Part shown: piece after piece, positions 1-12,800 of the stretch
How positions within the stretch are numbered: the stretch's first letter is position 1
How the letters are laid out: the number at the start of each line of letters is the position of its first letter
Source: Trichoplax sp. H2
Taxonomy: Eukaryota
Assembly (NCBI GenBank): GCA_003344405.1
Contig: NOWV01000165.1
Coordinates: forward strand, 124,001-177,176
DNA: 53,176 nt
Direction of reading: 5' to 3'
The notes under the pieces: generated by a model
The model's input: only the letters and a program-made list of their open reading frames with translations
The model's database searches: none
What the model was told of the DNA's origin: nothing
Translations under genes and position numbers: made by a program

Positions 1-259
1 ATTACTACCATTGTTCCGTGATCAATACAGATTTTCTTTCAGAGTATAACTAAAATCCAAGATTCTTCAGCCAATGCATTCATAGTTTTTTTAGATTGCA
101 GTAATCAGTAAAAAACGATAGATTTAAATTAGACTATGGTTGCTCAGAATTGAAAAGTTTTAATTGACAGACTATATCAACTATTTACACGTAGATGTAA
201 TAACGTACATAATTTCGTAATAATTGTTAAATATTTTATAATTACGGTATTGTCTATAG

Positions 260-3200
260 CAATCATGATATGTTACTTAAAGTTGGAGATGATAGAATAA
301 CAACAATGCAATCTATTGTGAAATGGAATTCCAAAGTTGCCTGGGTTAGTAAAATTTATATTTTTCATAAGCATATGATACAGTTAATCAAAGAGTAAAT
401 AATACCATTTCGGCCGGTAACGAACTGAATTCAATAAACTCGAGGACCTCTACCATAAATAAATGCTTCCTTTATTAATCTATCACCGTAAGAATACTTA
501 AAATTCAGACTTTCGATTAATAGTCTTGCACAATTATTTGTCATAGGCGATTATGGATAGCTATATAACGAAAACTACATTGATAGGGAATCATAATATG
601 AATATGGTAAGCTATTTATTATTGTATCGATACAAGTAGACATTCAGTACATTATCTCATGATTTAGCGCTCTTACAAATTACTAGTAAATAACAAGAAC
701 CATTTGAGCTTAGAATTATGAAATAACAGTCAATTAACAATTATTGCTATAGGTCAAATACGATTTCTCAATAATAGATCCGGGCATTGAGTTTGAAAAA
801 AATCATAACCCTGACAATGGGATTGGTAGTTTCAATGCCGTAAAGGTAAAAATTAGAACATGCTAGCATTCTATGCTATTATCTGAAATATTTCGCCCTT
901 AAATCCTTATTGAAGGTATTATAACGCATAAATATCGATACCTGTATCAATAAAGATATTCAGAATAAGATCTGGCTAACGATACAGTATCATATCTAAA
1001 CATTTAAACTATATTTAACTTTATTGCTAATACAGGTATAAGTATCCAGCTTCATTTTTTTTCTTCACTAGACAATTGCATCATCAAAAGATATTAGCTT
1101 ACTTGAGCATCCATTGACGGCTAAATTTTTGGATACAAAATGGTAAGCTTACATTATTACGTGCGAATCAATGAAACATGGACCTCTTGCTCTTCAACTT
1201 CAATCCTTATAGACAATCTTTCCCTCATTCAGGTCAAAGTATGGCCGCTATATTTATACTGCTAACCTGGCTGTCTACACGATTTTTATTCTCATTCTAA
1301 TCATTTATATCCTCGAAGTAGAAAGGCTTTATCAACATTTAACAAGTAATATAGTCTTTCTAGGGTTTACACGCCCAACAGATCAACCAGCATCTTCTTC
1401 ACTTCTTTTCTCAAATCAGACTGACAATGACCATCATAAGGTAAATTGTGACTTTAAATTTCCAGCTAATTACATAAATCTTAGAAATCATCCTTAAACA
1501 TTATCAAGCAGATAATTTGGGGATATTTAATATATTTAATCATGATGAATCCTACAATTGTATCATGAATTAAAGTATTTATCTCCAATATATCAAAGCC
1601 TGGCTTAAATTTTAGAAACATCTACAATTCGCTAAGCGTCATACGAGTGTTTATTGCAATTTTTTCCGCAATCAATATCTGTCGTGAACTTTTCCAATTA
1701 TATCATGAGGTAATTCGCCAAAATCATTTCATAATGTTAAGTAATAATGCTTGAGTTGCCTTACGGCTCATACCTACGGGAGGCAACTTAATATGTAATA
1801 ATAAATGATTAGAGCTACCAGTCTAGAGATTCTTGTAAGTATTTTCCTTTCAAAATTACTTATAGAGAATTCGGTACCTTTTATCGTGTGAAAACTATCT
1901 AGAGCTGATATTACATAGCGCCGTTTTAGCAATTATTAGCAACTCCAATCATTCAGATGGAACAGCTCTTTGGGCCCTAGGAGCCTTAACTATTCAGATA
2001 TCGTTTATAGATTTAATAATGTTCTTACGAAAGTAAGTCAGCCAACAAACAAGTTTTTTTCATATCAATCATTAGGAATAATTATTTCATCTGAACAGAT
2101 GAAAGAGTAATTATTACAATATCAATTAACCAAACACTCATTCCCTAGGTTACCAGTTGTAGGAAAATATGTGTTAATGATACGGCTTGTGACTTGGACA
2201 GCAATGAAGGTTCATTAGCCAATGCAGTGAACGATATTTTTAAATTATTAATGACACCATACATGTAAAATTTATAAACTAATAAATACTATAATATCTA
2301 GATCTTATCCTTCATATTGAAAAATTGTACTCCTTCTTGGATAACCCCATATTTTTAGGTCCTTCTAGTTATTTCTATTTTACTTTTGGGATTTGCAATC
2401 AGCTTCAATATGCTATGCCATCGCCAGGTTTGATAACTATAAATGATCAAAGTCAAAAAGTATGATGATAACTCCATCATAGTCATTAGCCGCTAATAAA
2501 AGATAAGCAATATACCATAATTCGCGTATTGGCCAACTTCGGGTTTTGGCCGTAACCTATTGTTATGTTATATATACCAATAAGCGATTATAAGAGGAGT
2601 AATATAAAGATACTTACGCCTATATCAAATTCTAGATGTCTTTCTATACTATTTTCCTATCACTTTTCAAAGTCATTGATATGACTGTTGGAGAACTGAA
2701 CTATAGCGATCTTCTGGATGCTATCCGCAAAGGCAGAATCACTTATCCTGATGCTTATATGTTGGTTCTTCTTATAATTCTATTCATTTTCTTCATGCCA
2801 ATCCTCATGATGAATCTTCTGGTAACACCTGCTTATGCCAATAGAAATTATGAAATAGCATAACAACAACCCTAGATATACATTTATTTTAGATATTACA
2901 CTAAGAATAAGTATTCGAGTTTAATAGTAGGATCTAGAATGCTCATTCGCCAGTCAATACTATAATCTAATTTAACTTTATAAATCGTTAATCACTGTAT
3001 ACTGCATAGTCTCTTGTATCAAATAAAAATTAGTATCAGCATGAAATCTGTATCATTAGTTTTAATGCAAACATTAATATTAAAAAATATTTTATTTTCT
3101 TTACATAAGTAGAACAAACACTAGTTCGAAAACGTTTATTATCATTACTGAGAGATCGCAATTTGAGATGAAATAAATAATGATGGTCTTTTCATTCGAA

Positions 3201-3798
3201 AAATTTAGATTGGTTTAGCTGTTGGTGATATAAATGAAATGGAAAAACAAGCTAGTTTACGACGTCTGGCTGATTTAGCTGCCTTCTTTCATAATATAGA
3301 GAGAGGTGTTCCAACCTATTTTCGCCAATATTGTGCTTTAGATAAGATAGAGTGCATAGAATCAAAAAACTATGTGAGTTATAAATATTATCTTAGGAAT
3401 AACCTTTAAAAAAATGACAAATACCAGTCTTTAGTCATTAATAAATATTTGATTGCTTATTATTTCCATATTTGTTAGTTATAAAGAATAATTCAACACT
3501 CTAAACGGTATCTCATTTTTACCAGTATACCGTGAAAAATAGTACAAATAGAAACGAAGATCCTGATAATGTGCTTCAAATTAATCTCGAAATGCAGTCA
3601 CAGGCTTTACGGTAATCTTATAAACACGCATCATAGCAATAGTTGTTTATGTTCAATTAGATGAAAGTTTGATCCGATGATTTTTACGTGAACCTCTTTT
3701 TTAGGCTCGACGCTTTGCAAGACAGATTAAAGCTTGTTCATCATACTCTAGAGAAGGTTCTATATCAATCATCCGAGAAATTTCTTTCAAGTGACTAA
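260..3798 (+). CDS. TRPA1: TRPA1-like cation channel, paralog 1 (3' half only; the ankyrin region lies upstream of the window)
   Basis: Manually spliced GT-AG exons ~260-344, 547-606, 753-845, 1072-1142, 1233-1440, 1599-1709, 1866-2032, 2149-2209, 2359-2427, 2636-2821, 3209-3373, 3526-3611, 3705-3798 (TAA), all in phase. They encode pre-S1 'LLEHPLTAKFLDTKW', six TM segments, pore 'DMTVGELNYSD', S6 'FMPILMMNLLIGLAVGDI' (human TRPA1 has 'FVPIVLMNLLIGLAVGDI'), a TRP-like helix and a C-terminal coiled coil. Confidence 0.93.
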
Positions 3799-4813
3799 TT
3801 TGGAATTCTAGGAGTTAAACATAAATGCTATTAGACTTGAATCTGAAACAAGGCATTCAAAACTAAGCAAAGTCGAGAATGAATAAAATTACCAAGACTA
3901 GGTATCAAACATGCTGGCCATTCATCATTCATTTCGAGGAAAATATTGCCTGTTCCTTGGTACCGGTAGCTCATCGATTACTAAACCTTGTACCACTCAA
4001 CAAAATAAACAAACTATTCCATTTCGCTGTAGTGATTGCCATTCTTGAGATATTTTTTAACTCACATTGCAATCAGAGCAATGATTAATTCTGAAGTGGT
4101 ATTTCTCCATTCCGATACCAAAGAGATTTACATACTTTTGCTGTACGATTGTTACTGACTGATGATGATTTTTACCCTTAACAAGTTGAAGTATTGCCTC
4201 TTGAGGAAGTTTGCGCACTAAAGTCTAAATTCACTAACTTTCCTTTAGAAAGTCATTCGTTCTAATTACCCGGGTACTTAGCCTTTACTTTATATCTGCG
4301 GTTAGCAAATAGTCAGATCAAACATTACTGCAGCATACTTTTAAAATTAGTACAAACTTAATCAAGCCGTCAAAATCTGCCCAATTTTGTGTGGATAACT
4401 AAACTTAATGATAGTATAATATGCATAGAGATCAGCGATACCTCCATTAACCACATCGACTGTTATGAGTAATTACGCATGCTAGCGTAGAAAATTTTAT
4501 ACTAGCATGTACCGAAATATCCTACCTAAATTGATAACCGCAACGATTATATTGAATAACTGTAGAGATCACAAGATTAATTAATTATTTATGTCTCACT
4601 TATTATAATAGACAGCAATAAGTAAGGACATTAGTAGCCGTTTCCTTTTAATATGTTGTGGATGCCTATGAAAATATATTTATGCCATTGATAAGTTTAT
4701 TTGATGGACAGATAGTTTACTAATATATATATATTAGATTATCTTAATTCATTATTATCTTTTAAATTTAAGCTCCAAAATAACCTGTAATAAAATAACA
4801 GTTATAGCTTGCA

Positions 4814-5631
4814 AAAAAAGTTTAATTAGATTTGCATTATAGAATCTACTTCTTTGTAATATTTCTAATAGTGCTTATTCTTTAGATATGACCAAGGTAT
4901 TTTTCTGAAATGTTAGAAATATCTGTCGACTCTTAGTACACATTTTGCATGCTTAACTATCTGTAATGAAATGAAATATGTAGAGATCAAGCTACGAAAC
5001 TTTAACAAACTTTGATTCTACTTTCGTTGCACTCCGGTCGACTTAACGCTAATACTTTGACACCAAATAAAATTTGGGGAAATAACCGAACAACAATTTA
5101 TTTCAAAACAAAAATGGAGAGAAGTATAAACCGAACAACCTTACAAATACTTAGCTTTAAGTATTATTAAAATAAATGACAGACTTAAAAACTGTCAACG
5201 ACCAAACAACCTTTNNNNNNNNNNNNNNNNNNNNGACGATCAAACGCCCTTTCTTTAGATTAGGCATTTGCTCTATAGGGCTACTTCTATAGTAATCTAT
5301 ATAATACCTTGTAAAACAATGAAGAAGAAAAGATGGCGACATGATGATTTGGCAGGGTAAAACTTAAAGACACTATCACTTTCTAGGTATTTTGTATAGT
5401 AAAATAATACTAATTACATACTAAAAACTGCAAAGGACTCTACTTTTAGTCCTTTTACTACANNNNNNNNNNNNNNNNNNNNAAAAAAGTTTAATTAGAT
5501 TTGCATTATAGAATCTACTTCTTTGTAATATTTCTAATAGTGCTTATTCTTTAGATATGACCAAGGTATTTTTCTGAAATGTTAGAAATATCTGTCCACT
5601 CTTAGTACACATTTTGCATGCTTAACTATCT
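4814..5631. other. Two 20-N assembly gaps (5215-5234, 5463-5482) with a ~149-bp near-perfect direct duplication (4814-4962 and 5483-5631)
   Basis: The N runs are directly visible. 'aaaaaagtttaattagatttgcattatagaatc...gcttaactatct' occurs twice with one difference seen (gtcgac vs gtccac). Confidence 0.9.
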
Positions 5632-6827
5632 AAAATGTTTGAATTGAATAGTGTCTCATAATTCCATCATTATTCCATTTCTATCAAATTGGATTAAATT
5701 TCTCTAAGTATAAAGGCATCGTTCTCTGGAAATGAATTATTGATACAATTAGACCACGAATTGTCATCTGGTTTTATTTTTTTAATAGCATCACCGTAAT
5801 ACCGCCATCATAGAAGACACTATCTATCTTCATGGTAAACACAAAATAGTTGCAATTCTCTAAAATAATGCATCAGCTTTAAGCTAGAATGATCAATGAT
5901 TCTATTTTTGCATTCATTACGGTATCTGTAAATGCATAAAAGCCTCTCTAGTCGGATAATCACTTCATATATTGCAGTTACAATTTATCGATCCAAATTA
6001 AACACCATAGCTAGAAATGCACGTATGTCGTAGGTAGATAATTTAATTAAAGTGGAAGATTGCATTATCATTACCGTGTGATCCTATTTTTATCTTATTT
6101 CGCTATGTTGGTTCCTAGATAGAGTAATTCACTTGTGATTAGAGATTCTATTCTGTTTCTGATATTTAATAGTTGGTCTCAATTTCATGAAAATCCTATA
6201 TAATTAATTTTTTACGAAGAATAAACTAAAAATTATATGGCTGGATATACTGTATTCCGCTTGTAGTAGGCGAAACTTTAGTGATATAGTTACTTCAAAT
6301 AATAAATTTGTCTTTCACGTTTTGAAATAAGATTGAAGACGAAATTATTCGCATTAAGTCAATAATTCAATTAAAATAAAAGATACCCTTGGATTAACGA
6401 TTACAATCTAGCCTTGATCCGATGTTTATCGTTACGATTAATTTCTACAAAGAACTATTTACTGTATTACGTAAAGGAATAAGTGATCTCCCGTAATCAT
6501 ATTAAGAATAACTTATTCAATGTCAACGAAGAAGTTTCCAACAGAAACAATCACTATTCTTTTTTCTACCATCTGCTACCTGATGTGTCATTACAAAAAC
6601 ATTATTACAAGAAATTAAGTTCTAATATAATGTACACCTCAAATGGTATTAGACACAGCTTTAGTAGTAAAATTGCACATTTGCTATTATAACTACAAGG
6701 AAGAGATATACCTGCAAGTATACGGGTGTAACCAAAAGCGTATGCTTCGCATTATTCAGATTAAACGATTAATTATTATAGACATCCAAACGTACAGTAA
6801 CACTTAGATACTCACAGAATTACCAAA

Positions 6828-9800
6828 ATGGAGTTAGAATCGATGCAGTTGACTTCTCCAATAATTATAACCAAACCTAGTAAATCGAAAATTTCTATGA
6901 TCAACCCAGGTTACAAGGTAAGCTTCAGATATGGCATATCTTCAATATCTTGCAATTTACATTTCCAGAACAATCGTCAAAAATGCGCTTACGCTGTAAC
7001 TTACTAATCTAACAGCTATTACAGTACCGTGGTGTCCAGTAGTCTCCCCTATATCGTACAGCATATTGAAGAGATGTATACAGTATCCTAACTTTATTTT
7101 TACAGTTAAATTTTCTTGATAGGCTAGCAAGACAGGAAATAGCTCACCTTCTGTTAAAATTGTGTATTGTTGTATAAAGCTAATTCTAACCTCTAATGAT
7201 GCTTGGCTACCCTAATATCTTTACCATAGTCTTTACTCATATAGCTACTGTAGTTGAAACTAATCTCATATTACCACTTTAGGATGACGATGAAAATAAC
7301 TCACTATCCTCACAACCATGCATATCTGACCAAGCAATAACTTATCTTATCAGTCGATTGGCTAAAAATCAGTTATCCCCTCTTCACCGTGCAGCTAAAG
7401 AGAATAATGTAGAAATTATAATGTCTTTAATTATTCATGGAGTAGGCAAGTTTGTAATGGACTAAATTTTTTATATTTCACTTTTACTGTATTTTAAAAA
7501 ATTAATTCTGTGTGTCGGAAATACGTGTAAAATAATATGGTATTGACTGATCTAGTGTTTGTACTTTCAGATGTTAATATTGCTGGAGAACACAATGTAA
7601 CACCACTGCATATTGCAGCAAAATATAACCAGTTGGCAGCTGTACGAGCTTTAATAGCTTGTAATGCAGATGTCCAATCTGGTGATATTAATTTAAATAC
7701 ACCGCTACATTATGCTGCCAAAGCTGGCCATCAGGATATCTGTAAGGTTAGTAGACTAGCAGTAGCACTATATTGCATAAGAATACTTCATCACTTGGCC
7801 TATGCTTATTTTTTAATCACAAACATTAGAAATATTGAGTAAAGTGGAAGCTTTAATATCTTAAAATTTTAAATTAATTGAGTATAAGCTAAATTTTAAT
7901 AGCTGATAAACTACGTATCTGAAAATTAACTTTGACTTAGTGTAAGAGGCAATTAAACTCAGAGTAGACTCCTGCAATACTTAATAATATATGGAGAATA
8001 TTTATCTCATTCAATTTTATACAACATAAGAAATCACGAATTATCAACAGGATATTTTTTTGTACATTGACAGGAGTTATTATATGGTAATTAAAACTGA
8101 TTAGTAACAGTACAAGCTCGTGCGATTGTAGTTAAAGCTGATACTAGATTACATTCAATACAACAAATTATTCTGTAAATAAACATTAAGTAGCACAAGT
8201 ATCAAAAAATTACTTATCAAATGTCTATGTTTATGACTACTACTGTTTTATTAATTAGATATCCAACCACTAATTTTATACTTTATTTACAATAGGCAGA
8301 GACTAGTCATACTTACCAAAATTTCGTAAACCCGGAGATTTCTTTTGCATTATTACTTTGATGCAAAGTTAGCTTTGAACAATACAGTAATACCTCACTA
8401 TTTTTTACTACAGGAACTGTTAAATAACCAGCCGTTTATGATCGACAATAAGAATAAGAAAGAAATGACAGCGTTGCATCTTGCCTGTATTCACAACAGA
8501 AATTTCGTTTGCTCCTATCTGGTATTCACGCCATTCTAAATACTTGTAGATTAATTGGCTAGTAAACCTATTTCCAACAGTTATAAAACTATAGCTAATG
8601 TATTGTTACTGCAGGTTGAAAAAGGTACTGATGTAACCACTAAAACTGAAGATGGTAGCATACCAATCCACATAGCCGCTAGTAGAGGCAATACAGAGCT
8701 AATGGAAATATTTCTTGACGCCGGAATGAAAAACTTGATAGCGCGCATTGATCACCTTAGCAGACGTAACTACGATGGGGCATCTATTCTTCATCGAGCA
8801 GTTCAATGCGGACAGGAACAGGTTATGTCTAGCCCATGTAAAAATGATATCATAGCTAATATTTACCAAAATAAAATCAAGCGAACTAAATCTTTACAAG
8901 TAGATTTCTAAATAACACTCCAGCTAATCCTAATTAAATAAACTCTGATCAAATTTTACAACGGCTAATTTATTTTTTAGGTAGTCATGTTCTGCTTGAA
9001 TGAAGGTGTCGAAACTAATGTTTGTGATGTAAGTAGCGCAGAATATACAAAGTATCACTAAGTTTAATATTGTACAATATCGTAGTTTTATTCTATCAAA
9101 TTCTTACATTGCGAATAATTTTGAGTGGAACGTATAATTTTAATTCCATATAACGCTATTAATGTCGTGAAGTTATTGCTGTCAATATTACTATCTACTT
9201 ATAATTTAAACTTTGAAGATCTTCGACGACCACTAACTCATCGGCTGATAATTAATTATTATTGATGAAAAAAATCGCTATTCATGTATTACTACAACTA
9301 CGTATTTATACTAATAGCAAACATTATACGTTGTAATAATGCCTAGAAAAAAGGTCTGACTCCTTTACATATAGCAGCAATCAATGGAAATGATTCTATT
9401 AGTAGAATCTTACTGACGAAAAGATCTACAATCGATGCACGCGATAATTATGATCGCACACCGTTGCATCATGCCGCTTCCCTAAATCGATTGAATATTG
9501 CAGAAGTTCTTATTAATGCAGTATGTATATTATAAAACTATCCTATCAATAAAAAATATGTGCCTAAATTGCCAGAAATTCATCGAGCTTTACTACTTCT
9601 CTAAGTCTCTGCTAGGGTATAAGCGATACTCATAATTCGATAGAAAATAGCTAATATTACCAAAATTAGAACTAATTTTATATACCTGAATCGTATAAAT
9701 TTATTATTAAAATACATCGAAATTGATAAAATATTTCATAAACAAGCATCACTTAATAGTACGATAATTCTTCTTGTATTTTGTTAGGGCGCCGGCATTA

Positions 9801-12800
9801 ATATTTCAGATAGCAAGCAAACAACTCCCTTACTTTATGCAATTGCAAATAACCATTTACAATCTGCTCAGCTCCTAATCAATCACAACTGCAGTATCAA
9901 GGCTGTCGATCAATTCGGTCGAAATTGCCTTCACATAGCAGCTATTGGAAGTGATGATGACTTAAACTTACTAGAATATTTACTCTCGGTAGGTAACCGA
10001 ATTATACTTAGCGCTCATTAAATACCGAATATTTTATTGTGTTCGATAGCATAAAGAAACAGGATATTAGGAGAACTGAAATTTCTTTTTCTTCATACTG
10101 ATACTAAATTCTACTTGACATTTTAAATATATACTATAGTACCGTTTTCTATTCTACTGCAATTGTCAGTTCATAATCATTAGCCTATTCTTAGAATGAA
10201 AGTGATCAATTTGATCAAACAATACCTTATAACCTATCTGTTATTTTGGAGGTTTTGAATTATTTCACAATTAAGTTAGCTATTGGCTATCGATAAAGAT
10301 AAAGTTCACTTTTATAGATAGATGGAGCTCCAGATATTAATTCTAGGGATAATTATGAACGAACGCCAATGCATTACTTTTGTAACAGAGGGAATATAAA
10401 GGTTACAATTGCTATAACTTCCTTTCGAGGCGTAGACATTTACCAATTATCTTGCTAAGCTTATACTAAAAATTTATTCCTATCAGGGAGTGGAAGTTTT
10501 ATTAAATTATGAGCCAGATTTAAGAATATTAGATGAAGATGGTAATAACTGTTTGCATGTAGCTTGCAAGTAAGTCAGCTTAGAAATTAGCTATAAAAGA
10601 TCCATGAGTCATAATATTTCTTTCGTGTCTGTTACGTCTGTAGTTGTAAAATGTGTGGAGTAATGTGCAATACTGTTGTGGTACTGGTACACCTTGTAAT
10701 ATCACTTCATGATATTCATAGATAAAGTCGGGTACAACTTAAATAAAATCACTTCTTGTCTTCACACGAGAGTTGAAGAGTCTATGCGTTAAGGCATATT
10801 ACTCGTCACAGAGCAGTTCTTAACAGTGTCAATTATTTGTTTCCTTGATCAGAGTTACAGACACAGGTGAATGGGTAGATATTACTATTAGCTAGTAGAT
10901 ATATCATTCAGTACCTTTCTAATTGCTTACAATATATAAAAAATGCTATAAATTCTCCAGAACTTACAGATTCGGGTTTCAATTACTATCGATATTAGAA
11001 ATATTCTAAGGTAGTTTATCATCATTCGTAACTTTGCACGCACGTACCTCAAGAGAGTATTGTACTCAGATAGATGGCGCTGTAAATATATTTTAATAAT
11101 ACAGATACCTTTTCTTTAATTTTTTTCATTTTGCGCAATTTAAAGTATCGGTAATCATTTCCTGTTTAATTTACTTCCGAATTACTGTACACCTGTATTT
11201 AATCTTGCAAATGGTTATACTATTAACCTTGTTCTAGGCTAGGAGCCTTGGATATCGTTAAAGTCTTATTGAACGACTTTCCTCGTCTAATGTGTAGTGA
11301 AGGAGAAGGCAGCAGTAGTTCATTGCATATCGCTGTTTTAAATAACAACTTGCATGTCGCTAAGTTTCTAATAGAACGAGGAGCCGACATTAATCGAAGG
11401 TAAATTTAAAACTTCTATTATCTATGTTACTTACAGTTATTGGCAGCATTTATGTACACTAGGATTCAAAGATATCTTACTTTGTGTAAAATAATATGAA
11501 ACTATAAACGTATCATTACCTGTATAACCTATTTTGAATATAAGGGATGGCAGCTATCGTACTCCATTAGATATCGCCTGCAGTAATGGTTATATACAAA
11601 TTGTTAAAATGTTACTTAAATGCGATGCTTCCATTAATGGTACCACCAATCAATGGGAGGTAAATATATTGCATGCATTATCCTTTGGCCTATTAGATAG
11701 CTATATGGGTTATTATTATTTTCCATAATTATCAACTGGATTAACGCATTCTATGGCTTTATCTATAATCAGGAATCAGCGTTGCATATAGCAGCACGAT
11801 ATGGCCAAGCTGATATTGCAAAGTTATTATTAGATCATGGAGCAGATGCGATGATAGAAAATAGTGATGCCAAGAATTGCTTAGAGATTGCAATTCAGCA
11901 GTGCCAAAAGGATGTAGCAATCGAAATTGCAACAAGTTCATAGTAAATCATAGTCTATTTCAATGCTTCAATTTTTTCGATATATTCACTTTAAAGTTAT
12001 GTTGTATCATTACAGAATAGCCAATGCTATAGAATAATACAAGCCTATAGTGAATATTTTTCGAGTGGTATTTGTATTAATTACTGGAATTTTAAACTAT
12101 TTATAGTAGCCGAGAAATTTTGACCAAAGTAGGATCCGACAAAATAACAACAATGCAAAGCATAATTCAGTGGAACCCAGACGTTGCAGCTGTTAGTTGA
12201 CTCGTATAATTGTACTTCTTCATTTTGGGAGGCAGTTTAAAAAATTAAATTGTAATGTATGGACTATATAAGGCTAGCAGGATATAGTGATTTTTTCCTA
12301 TGTGTGGAGATAAGTTGCATTGAGTTAGTTTATAATATTAAATTGCGATTTATAGATTAAATACGGCTAGCAGAGTACATTGATTTTTCCATTATTTGGA
12401 GATACGTAGCATTCTACGCTAAATTTTGCTTTGCAACTCTGGTGCTATTGCCTGAAATCATACAATACGATCACATTCACTCTTGTAAAATTATACCACC
12501 TTTATTATTACATCATGTATTAAAGATATCTACTTCATTGATGTTATCTAGATCATCATGGATAAGTATATTACCAAGATTCCAATAAGTACCAGCGATT
12601 CTAAAAGTGTCATCTCAGTATGTTCTAAAATTTAATTGCAACATATAATCTGATATTATCAATAAGTGCTAAAGAAATAGAATTTTTAAAGCTTATTCTA
12701 AAATTAACGCTAAATTTTGGTAATGCTGAAGATAGACTAACACTAGCGACGTGTACTTTGAATAACTTTTTAGTGTCAACTTAGTACTAGGGACAGCTAA

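Noticed and set aside
1599-3611. Apparent frameshift or stop in paralog 1 (acceptors at 1615 and 3478), suggesting a pseudogene
   Set aside because: Alternative AG acceptors at 1598 and 3525 restore the frame and give exons homologous to paralog 2.
3879-6692. Short ORFs 3879-4088, 5157-5342 and 6483-6692
   Set aside because: No recognisable domains, composition typical of AT-rich non-coding DNA, and one spans an N gap.
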